Below the pieces are notes generated by a model. The model worked only from the letters and a program-made list of their open reading frames with translations, did not search any database and was not told the DNA's origin. 32,000 nt of DNA from Candidatus Hermodarchaeota archaeon (GTDB lineage Archaea; Asgardarchaeota; Heimdallarchaeia; Hodarchaeales; Hodarchaeaceae), in assembly GCA_048886185.1 (NCBI GenBank), contig JBHLKY010000023.1:1-32000 (forward strand), written 5' to 3'. Every line of letters begins with the position of its first letter. The first letter of the stretch is position 1. This document shows positions 7,989 through 15,556 of the stretch, piece by piece. The translations under genes were made by a program, and so were the position numbers.

Positions 7989-9830
7989 TCAGTTGCTAGA
8001 AACAGGTATGGAGAAAGTCTCGCAATGGTAGTATTGAAGTATTAATTTATCTAATTCTTGGATTAAATGTGTCTTCAGAGGTTTTGCAACAGTAATTTCC
8101 TTCGCTAAATGGACAATTTGACGGAATAACGGGTTATTAAGATCAGGATTCTTGAGAGGAAGACGTTTAAGATTACGAATTGATATTGCATTAGTGTATT
8201 TTGAGCCCAAGTTAAATTGACTTTCATAAAACCATCTGTAAAGAGAAGAATTAAGAATAGAAAGAATATAAAATAGTAAATCAGAATTTTTACTATATTC
8301 TGTTGTTAATGTCAAGTTATATACATTTTGGGTGGTCCAGTAATTATTTGAATCATATGCGGCACAAAGAAATGGTTTAATCTTTTGAACGACAAGCTTG
8401 GGTGAACTATAAATAGATGGATCTTTCTTCGATCGGTATATAACTTTTGGATCAATGAAATGTGTTTTATTGATAGAGAATGCCTCAAAATCATCCCCAG
8501 TTAAAATTGGTTGATTCTTTTTAGAAGTAGGGGTCTTTTGGATTATATACTTAGTTTTTAAATTAATTTTTGGTAAGGAGTTATGGCAGGAGGAGCATTG
8601 AATGAGAGTTTTTCTACTCGATAAAGGAACCCATTCAATACAATTCGGACAATACATTACTCCACCACGTTTTGAGAGTTCTTCTCCTCTCTTTATCGTT
8701 AGAAATTGATTCAAAGGAGTGGAATCCTCGTGAATAAGCTTAATAATTTGTTGAGATTGCGAGTTAAATTCTTTTGTGAAAATAAAATCAATATTGGTTG
8801 TATAAGAGACTTGAGGGACACGATTCTTACCATCAATCAGAATCATGTGCTCTAATGAAATATTCTTTGAATAAGCTCCAATTAAGGAGATAAATTCTTG
8901 AGTAACGTCTTGGAAAAGGCCATGGAAATTTATGGAAAGGATTTGAAAATTTGTGGCAATAAATTTTCGGAGATGAATGTACTGGTTCGAACGTGCAATA
9001 TTTTTCGGGAGGAGATAAGCCAATAATCCTTTATCAGGAGTTATCAGATTTGCAGCCTTGTAAACAAAGAGAGAAAACGTGTTAAGATTTCTCTTTGGAC
9101 TTTGAAGTCCAAATTTATCATAATAATACTCTCTCTGACTTTTACTCAATTTCCCCCCCCAGGGAGGATTTCCAATAACAATATCAAAACCATTGGTGGT
9201 GGAAGGAAGACTAGTCCAATCTGATAATGAACTTTCTAAAAAATCTCCAAGAACAATGTTTGTGCTCAATATCTCATTAAAAGATGAGGGAGGGGGGTTC
9301 GAAAATAGTTTAATGAGGTTTTTATAACACATTGAAATAGCTTTAGGATTTATTTCCATTCCAAAAAAATTTGAATTAAAAATATCTAGAATAGCTTGAT
9401 CAGAGTTTTTTTTATCGGATTTTAAAAGAGTATTAATTTTATCTTCAATTTTTCTTATTGAAACAATGCTTGCTCGTAAAAATTCTCCTTCTCCTGCTGC
9501 TCCATCAAGAATTCGAATGCTTTTTAATGCCGTTCTTAATTTCACTATTTCTGATAGCTCTGCAGTATTAAGGATTTCGTTAAGACATAAAAATTTAGAA
9601 TCTATCTGTTGATTTAGATGCCTTGTTAAATAGTGGTCGATTGCTGTTTCTGTCATAGATTGTGCTAGATGGGAAGGTGTATAAAAGGCTCCGAATTCCT
9701 TTCTTCTACGGGCTTCTAAATCTTTATTGATAGTTTTCGACCTCTTTATTTTTAATTTTTCATAAACTACTAGTTTTCTAAATAAAAATCTATTGCCACA
9801 TTCTAAAAAGGGTCCATTCATGATGTTCAT
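7989..9830 (-). CDS. Gamma-class N6-adenine DNA methyltransferase (Eco57I/TaqI-like MTase plus TaqI_C-like TRD) with a Zn-ribbon insert
   Basis: Motif X FGAFYTP, motif I ILDGAAGEGEF, FGMEIN, GDFL, motif IV VIGNPPW; C-terminal PKLVVQKI...AAYD and YILSILNS. The start is uncertain (9830 or 9821). Confidence 0.85.
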   Translation of the reverse strand: MNIMNGPFLECGNRFLFRKLVVYEKLKIKRSKTINKDLEARRRKEFGAFYTPSHLAQSMTETAIDHYLTRHLNQQIDSKFLCLNEILNTAELSEIVKLRTALKSIRILDGAAGEGEFLRASIVSIRKIEDKINTLLKSDKKNSDQAILDIFNSNFFGMEINPKAISMCYKNLIKLFSNPPPSSFNEILSTNIVLGDFLESSLSDWTSLPSTTNGFDIVIGNPPWGGKLSKSQREYYYDKFGLQSPKRNLNTFSLFVYKAANLITPDKGLLAYLLPKNIARSNQYIHLRKFIATNFQILSINFHGLFQDVTQEFISLIGAYSKNISLEHMILIDGKNRVPQVSYTTNIDFIFTKEFNSQSQQIIKLIHEDSTPLNQFLTIKRGEELSKRGGVMYCPNCIEWVPLSSRKTLIQCSSCHNSLPKINLKTKYIIQKTPTSKKNQPILTGDDFEAFSINKTHFIDPKVIYRSKKDPSIYSSPKLVVQKIKPFLCAAYDSNNYWTTQNVYNLTLTTEYSKNSDLLFYILSILNSSLYRWFYESQFNLGSKYTNAISIRNLKRLPLKNPDLNNPLFRQIVHLAKEITVAKPLKTHLIQELDKLILQYYHCETFSIPVSSN

Positions 9831-9927
9831 GGAATAAACTTTGTAAAATTGCTGAAATTCTGGTCAGAGTCAAAATGATACCAGTGCATCGAAATTACGA
9901 CTTCATATTGAGCATACTCGGTGTAAA

Positions 9928-10065
9928 TTGGGACAGTTTCAGTGTTATGCGTGTAAAAAGGAGCTGTTCAGTAAAATAGGATTATTGAATCATCTAAAAT
10001 ACACTCATTATATTGATAGAAGTGATAAAATCTCTCGAGTATTTAATAGAATCCAACGATGTTAG
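9928..10065 (+). CDS. Small C2H2 zinc-finger protein (45 aa; not in the supplied ORF track)
   Basis: My translation from TTG 9928 is MGQFQCYACKKELFSKIGLLNHLKYTHYIDRSDKISRVFNRIQRC*. It has exact C-x2-C-x12-H-x4-H spacing with hydrophobic residues at the canonical positions. Confidence 0.65.
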   Translation: MGQFQCYACKKELFSKIGLLNHLKYTHYIDRSDKISRVFNRIQRC

Positions 10066-10146
10066 AACAGAGTATCACAGACTTATGACCAATATACAAA
10101 TACAACTTATCAATAAAGTAGTAAAAAATACATTTTGGGACTCAAT

Positions 10147-10614
10147 ATGAGGGGTTTGACTCATGTACTATTCGGTATGGGATTTGTTAGTATATTGTTA
10201 GCTGCATCCAAGATTTCCTTAATCCTATGGGGAATTGGAACGTTCTTAATATCTCCAATTTTTTCTCGATTACCTGACCAAGATCAAAAGATAGCTAGGA
10301 TAACATTCAATCAAGTTGTCCCTCATCGGGGAAAAGGAACACACAATTTGTTATACGGACTCCCATTACTATTTATTTTAGTCGTACAGGACTGGATAAT
10401 AATAGGATTATTCCTAGTCTTGCTACTTGCTTCCATTTTTGGAGCATTGTTCGTTCATTCAGTTGTTGATGCGTTTAATTATGGTGGAGTTTGGTTTGGA
10501 ATTTTCCGTGTGAAAGGTTTTCTAGAATGGGATTCTTTCTGGGGAAATCTAGTTTTCAAAGTACTTGGTATTGCTTTAATCATAGTATCTTTACTCTGTT
10601 ATATAACAAATTAA
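10147..10614 (+). CDS. Membrane-bound metal-dependent hydrolase (YdjM/DUF457-like)
   Basis: THVLFG, LPDQD, PHRGKGTHNL and HSVVD motifs with hydrophobic helices; ATG at 10147. Confidence 0.8.
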   Translation: MRGLTHVLFGMGFVSILLAASKISLILWGIGTFLISPIFSRLPDQDQKIARITFNQVVPHRGKGTHNLLYGLPLLFILVVQDWIIIGLFLVLLLASIFGALFVHSVVDAFNYGGVWFGIFRVKGFLEWDSFWGNLVFKVLGIALIIVSLLCYITN

Positions 10615-10632
10615 CTTCGAGACTCTGAAGTT
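10613..10632. terminator. Short hairpin at the stop codon of the hydrolase gene (possible terminator)
   Basis: AACTTC-N8-GAAGTT inverted repeat overlapping the TAA. There is no U-tract. Confidence 0.25.
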
Positions 10633-10809
10633 GACAGACAAACAGAAGGATTATAAATAGTGGATGGCGTTCATTCGACCCCTAGGATTAATGCCATCTT
10701 ATTATCACAAGAGTTAGAATTCGTAATTTTGGAGAACGATCCTTAATTTAATGATGCAAGTAAAATTAATATTCACATAGGATATAGTGTCTTAGGAAGT
10801 GAAAACATA

Positions 10810-11520
10810 ATGACTAAAGCACTGTACTTAGACGATATGTTACTCAAAGAATTTGAAGCGGAAGTTGTTTCCGTTAAAGATGGAAAATATATAGTTTTAA
10901 ATCATACAGCCTTCTATCCTAAATCTGGAGGCATTGCTAACGATGAGGGGACTCTAACCAGAGGATCTGATGTATTCAAAGTTGTATATGTTGGTAAGTT
11001 TGGAGGGGAGATTTCACACGAAGTTGATAAAGAAGGGCTTCAAGTGGGAGATAAAGTCACTGGAAAATTGGATTGGGAAAGAAGATATAATTTAATGCGG
11101 TATCACACCTCTGCTCACGTTCTAAGTGGTGCTTTTTACAAGAATCTCGGCGCAAAAATAACAGGTAACGATATTGCATCTACTGATCAGGGAAGAATTG
11201 ATTTTAACCTTGAACATTTTAATCGTACTTTGATTGAGGAACAAGTGGAAAGAAGTAACGAAATTATTCAAGATGATCATCCTGTGGAAGTATATTACCT
11301 CGAACGATCAGAAGTGGAAAAAGATCCTGATTTAGTAAAGTTAGCAATGGGAATTCCGAAGGGGATTAAGAAACTTAGGATTGTTGATATTAAGAATTTT
11401 GATCGTCAACCTGATGGAGGGTGCCACGTTCAATCATTAAAGGAAATCGGCAAAATAAGCATTAAAAAGCTAGTGAACAAAGGAAAGAACAACAGAAGAC
11501 TTTATTTTACCATCGAATGA
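10810..11520 (+). CDS. alaX: Alanyl-tRNA editing protein, AlaX-M type
   Basis: LYLDD..LKEFEA, LNHTAFYPKSGG...DEG, RYHTSAH (HxxxH), GRIDF, LRIVDI and QPDGGCHV. Confidence 0.9.
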   Translation: MTKALYLDDMLLKEFEAEVVSVKDGKYIVLNHTAFYPKSGGIANDEGTLTRGSDVFKVVYVGKFGGEISHEVDKEGLQVGDKVTGKLDWERRYNLMRYHTSAHVLSGAFYKNLGAKITGNDIASTDQGRIDFNLEHFNRTLIEEQVERSNEIIQDDHPVEVYYLERSEVEKDPDLVKLAMGIPKGIKKLRIVDIKNFDRQPDGGCHVQSLKEIGKISIKKLVNKGKNNRRLYFTIE

Positions 11521-11564
11521 TGCTTCCAGATGATTCAATAAAAGAATTATCACAGCGAAGCACA

Positions 11565-12311
11565 CTAAAAGTTTGATAATTTTTTGATCGCTTCTATTAT
11601 TAAAAGTGAATCTCCCTTTTTAAAGGGAGAGAATTGATAATCACTGTACTCTTTATGGACAACAAAACCTGTTTCCCTTAATAATTGATGAACCTTGGTT
11701 CTTGTTATTGCATATGCCGTTGAATGCTGTGTAATCTTTTCGACTAATTTTCCTCGTTTGTAGGTTTCATAGACAAGTAAAACATCTAAAATTTCACTTG
11801 GAAGGACTTTAGTTTTGATAAACCGTTTATATTCAAAATCTTCTTTTTTAACTGTGTCGATTAGCGATAAAGGAGAATTTTTCATACCTGCAATATAGAT
11901 ATCAAAAATAAGTTTCCCACCAAGTTTCAAATGATGATTAATATTCTGAAGCGATATTATTCTCTTATTGATAGGGATATGATCAAAACTACCAGAAAGA
12001 AATGCTGCTGGGAACACCTCAGTTAGTTTGAAAGATTCTGCATCAGCAGCTATCAAAATAATGTTATCAACAAAATTAGGTTGGTGATTAAGTTTCAGAG
12101 AAAATTCATTTCGCATTGCAGGAGATGGTTCTATACAGACAACTTTTATCCCCTTTAAAGCCAAGGGAATTGCAATTCTTCCCGTTCCTGCACCAATATC
12201 TAAAATCTTCCCAGCCTCCTTCCCATATTGATAGAAAAAATCAATATTCTTCTTAGTGTCAAATAAATCATATAAATGAGCTGCTTTTTCGTAACCTTTA
12301 TCCTCATACAT
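11565..12311 (-). CDS. Class I SAM-dependent methyltransferase (small-molecule type)
   Basis: AHLYD, ILDIGAGTGRIAIPLA, CIEPSPAM, ADAESF, HLKLGGKLIFD. Confidence 0.88.
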   Translation of the reverse strand: MYEDKGYEKAAHLYDLFDTKKNIDFFYQYGKEAGKILDIGAGTGRIAIPLALKGIKVVCIEPSPAMRNEFSLKLNHQPNFVDNIILIAADAESFKLTEVFPAAFLSGSFDHIPINKRIISLQNINHHLKLGGKLIFDIYIAGMKNSPLSLIDTVKKEDFEYKRFIKTKVLPSEILDVLLVYETYKRGKLVEKITQHSTAYAITRTKVHQLLRETGFVVHKEYSDYQFSPFKKGDSLLIIEAIKKLSNF

Positions 12312-12558
12312 TGTTTGTAAATTCCCTTTCGTTAAGAAGTAAAGAAACTATCCGAATAGTATTGACCTAAGGAAGATGGGCGTAAAACAATCATTTTTAC
12401 TTGTCATTATAAGTATAAATTTGTTTTGAGATGAAATCTTATTTTCTTCATGCAGATAGTTCATATAATCATCTCCATTGCTCCAGTAATAGTGGTTATT
12501 CAGTCTTTCTCTCTGAATCAAATTTAGTTCTTCAAACAAAGTACATGGTCTGCTTAAT

Positions 12559-13659
12559 ATGCTGTCTAAAGAAGGTATCATTCAATTTCTAGCAAATTTA
12601 GCCACACTCTCAGTTTTTACTTTTGTCCCTATTTGGGGAGAAGAACTAGGCCTGTCAAATCCAGAAATTGCCTTTGCAGCTTTACTCTATGGTATTGTTG
12701 CTTTTAGTTCGGGTGTTTTTTCAGGAAGGCTATCAGACATAATCGGGAAGAGAAAAATCTTCGTTATCATTGGTTCCTTCGCAGCAGCTATTACTATATT
12801 TGGATTGATCATCCCGTATAAATTTGAGTTTGTACTCTTCAGAGGCCTTGGTGGCATTGGAATGGGCATGTTTGCTCCCGCCCTTGTAGCATTAGTGTCA
12901 GATAAAAAGGATAAAATCGGCCACTTTTCAGCTTACGGTTCTTTCGGATGGGCCATTGGGGTTTTAGTCAGTGGTGTGATTGGTTTATACTGGGTACAAG
13001 GGATTTTCGTTTTTGCTTCTCTTGCATTCGTTACTGCCGCTCTTATTGCGTTTACTGTTATAGAAGAAGAAACTACTTTTAAAAAATACAAGGATTCTGT
13101 ATTTAGAGTGTTTTGGGAACGGAAAGCAATTTATCTAACTTTGACCGTAAGGCATAGTTTTGCATCAGCAATATGGGTGTTTTGGCCTTTGTTTCTCCTC
13201 GAATTAGGAGCTGATACTTTTTGGGTAGGGATTATTCAGTGTGCTAATGGATTAACGCAAACTGTTGTTATGAATACTCTCACAGATAAATTAGATAGCC
13301 AAAGAATGGTTTCTTGGGGATTGATTTTATCATGTGTTTCTTTTTTCTCCTTCACCATTCCGCAAAGTTTCTGGGGGATTATTCCTTTACAAATCATTCT
13401 TGGGTTTTCTTGGGCGTTTCTTTATGTAGGAACCTTACGATTCTCAGTCGAAAAAAGTGATTTCGACAAATCTACTGCAGCAGGGATAATAACGAGTATT
13501 TTACCTATAGCTAGCCTTCTGGGGTCATTTATAGCTTTAATCATTTCTTCTATTGGCGGAAATTACGTTGACATAATGATTGTAGCAACCATTGCTACTT
13601 TAATTACTTTAGGTGGCTTTATATTTACTGATAGGAGACCAAGACCAATCTTAACTTAA
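12559..13659 (+). CDS. Major facilitator superfamily transporter
   Basis: About 12 hydrophobic segments, MFS motif A GRLSDIIGKRK, and FRGLGGIGMG. Confidence 0.9.
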   Translation: MLSKEGIIQFLANLATLSVFTFVPIWGEELGLSNPEIAFAALLYGIVAFSSGVFSGRLSDIIGKRKIFVIIGSFAAAITIFGLIIPYKFEFVLFRGLGGIGMGMFAPALVALVSDKKDKIGHFSAYGSFGWAIGVLVSGVIGLYWVQGIFVFASLAFVTAALIAFTVIEEETTFKKYKDSVFRVFWERKAIYLTLTVRHSFASAIWVFWPLFLLELGADTFWVGIIQCANGLTQTVVMNTLTDKLDSQRMVSWGLILSCVSFFSFTIPQSFWGIIPLQIILGFSWAFLYVGTLRFSVEKSDFDKSTAAGIITSILPIASLLGSFIALIISSIGGNYVDIMIVATIATLITLGGFIFTDRRPRPILT

Positions 13660-13669
13660 ACCATTGGTC

Positions 13670-15556
13670 TTATTGGTTTTTGAATTCTCTTGCCTCTTCA
13701 ATATATTCGAGGGATTGATGACGGAAATATGTATTATATAATTTGGCATAGTACCCGCCTAAATGCATCAATTCATCATGATTTCCTTCTTCGACAATTT
13801 TTCCATGATCTAGAACAATTATACGATTAACATGTCGAACAGTCCATAGTCTGTGAGCAATAATGATACTTGTTCTCCCTTTGATCGTTTTTTCCAAAGC
13901 TTCTTGTATTCTTGTTTCTGTAAATGGATCCACAGATGCGGTTGCTTCATCCAAAATCAGGATTGATGGATTTTCTAGGAGTACACGAGCTAAAGCTACT
14001 AGTTGTCTTTGTCCCATGGAGAGGAGTGATCCTCTTTCTCGAATGTTTGTATCAAGGCCATGTGGTAAATCGTCAACCCAACTCGTTCCACCAGCTTGTT
14101 CTAAAGCCCAAAGAACCTCCTCTCGGCTAGCTTCTTGTCTGCCATATTTTACATTGTTTTCTAGAGTGTCTCCCCATAGGAAGGGTACTTGGTGAATGAT
14201 TCCAATGTGTTTTCTATATGCTTTTAGATCGAAATCCCGAATACTTACTCCATCTATTAGGATATCACCTTTCTGAAATTCATAAAATCGTGCAAGTATC
14301 TTGGCTAGACTAGATTTTCCTGCCCCTGTATGACCAACTATTGCTAATGATTCCCCTGGTTTAACTCTTAAAGAGAATTTGTCAAAGACTTTTATCCTGT
14401 CACTTTTTTCGTGTTCTGTAACCTTATATTCCTCTTTTTGATTCAAAACATCTTTCATTTCAACGTATGAGAATTCTAAATTATCAAATATGATTTCTCC
14501 TTCAATTTTCTCTGGAATCACATTGTTTCTTTGAATAACAGCTGGTGGGGTGTCAATTAAAGCAAAAATTCGTTCTGATGCAGCCAAACCTGTTTGAAAA
14601 GTTGGCCAAAATGAAGCGATTGTTAAAAGTGGAAAAAAGAAAAGTTGTAAGCTCTGTAGGAAGAGGTAAAAATCACCTGCTCTTAAATCACCGTAAACAA
14701 CAGCTCCCCCTCCTAAAACAATGAGAAGAACCAAGGCAAATCCTTGAATGGTACTTAATGCAGGAAAAAGAAAGTTAAACAGATACGCTCTTCTTCGGTT
14801 AACTATGTAGGATTGTTGGTTAACATCCTTGAATTTAATAAAAAGTTTAGTTTCTTGGCGAAAAGTCTTCGCTATTTGAATTCCTGAGAAAGATTCTTGT
14901 ACAAATGCATTGACCACTGCGAGTGCTCGTTGTCCTAGTAAAGTTAATCTCCTAGCCATTTTTCTGAAACCTAACGTGATGAGGAAGATAAAAGGAACCA
15001 AACAAAAAATAACAGCCGTCAAAGGAACATTTATACTTAACATAACACCAAACATAATGATTACAAGAAGTAAAGATGAAGCGGTCATCATCAGTTGGTT
15101 TGCTGTTTCACCAAAGTCTCTGGAATCTGTGTTGATTCTAGAAACGATTTTTCCTGTTGGGTATTTATCGAAAAAAGACAAATCATGGTTTAAAACAGCG
15201 GAATTAACATCTTGGCGTAAATTAAGAACAACATCCCCGATTACTTGAGCGCTATAGGTTTGGCGTATATAATTGAATCCCCATCCAAGAGAATTTAATA
15301 TCAAGGTAATTAAAATTAAGAATAAGATATAAAGTTGTTGTTCTACTATATTTGTTGTTACTTCAAGCTTATTGATTGCTTCCCGGGAAATAATCGGGAT
15401 CAGAGAATTTGCAACACTTTGTAAAAACACGAATGTTATAACTAAAATCATCAATGTCTTATAGGGAGAGAAGTATTTTAACACTCGTCTGACTAAGTCT
15501 CTGTCCCTGTAAATTCGATCGTATTCCTCCGCTCCTAATCCAATACCAAATCCCAT
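13670..15556 (-). CDS. ABC exporter subunit (TMD+NBD) with consensus Walker B; partner of a heterodimer
   Basis: Walker A GHTGAGKS, non-canonical signature LSMGQ, Walker B LILDEATASVD, IAHRL. Its start overlaps the upstream stop (TAATG). Confidence 0.93.
   Translation of the reverse strand: MGFGIGLGAEEYDRIYRDRDLVRRVLKYFSPYKTLMILVITFVFLQSVANSLIPIISREAINKLEVTTNIVEQQLYILFLILITLILNSLGWGFNYIRQTYSAQVIGDVVLNLRQDVNSAVLNHDLSFFDKYPTGKIVSRINTDSRDFGETANQLMMTASSLLLVIIMFGVMLSINVPLTAVIFCLVPFIFLITLGFRKMARRLTLLGQRALAVVNAFVQESFSGIQIAKTFRQETKLFIKFKDVNQQSYIVNRRRAYLFNFLFPALSTIQGFALVLLIVLGGGAVVYGDLRAGDFYLFLQSLQLFFFPLLTIASFWPTFQTGLAASERIFALIDTPPAVIQRNNVIPEKIEGEIIFDNLEFSYVEMKDVLNQKEEYKVTEHEKSDRIKVFDKFSLRVKPGESLAIVGHTGAGKSSLAKILARFYEFQKGDILIDGVSIRDFDLKAYRKHIGIIHQVPFLWGDTLENNVKYGRQEASREEVLWALEQAGGTSWVDDLPHGLDTNIRERGSLLSMGQRQLVALARVLLENPSILILDEATASVDPFTETRIQEALEKTIKGRTSIIIAHRLWTVRHVNRIIVLDHGKIVEEGNHDELMHLGGYYAKLYNTYFRHQSLEYIEEAREFKNQ

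Noticed and set aside
2026-9830. Complete restriction-modification, BREX or DISARM system
   Set aside because: No endonuclease, HsdR/Res helicase, PglZ, BrxC, DUF499 or SNF2 gene is recognisable in the window; only methyltransferases are present.
12348-12581. 77-aa minus-strand ORF between the SAM methyltransferase and MFS genes
   Set aside because: It overlaps the divergent MFS start and has no recognisable motif or SD. It could be a small gene or remnant (TTG at 12539), but I cannot support it.
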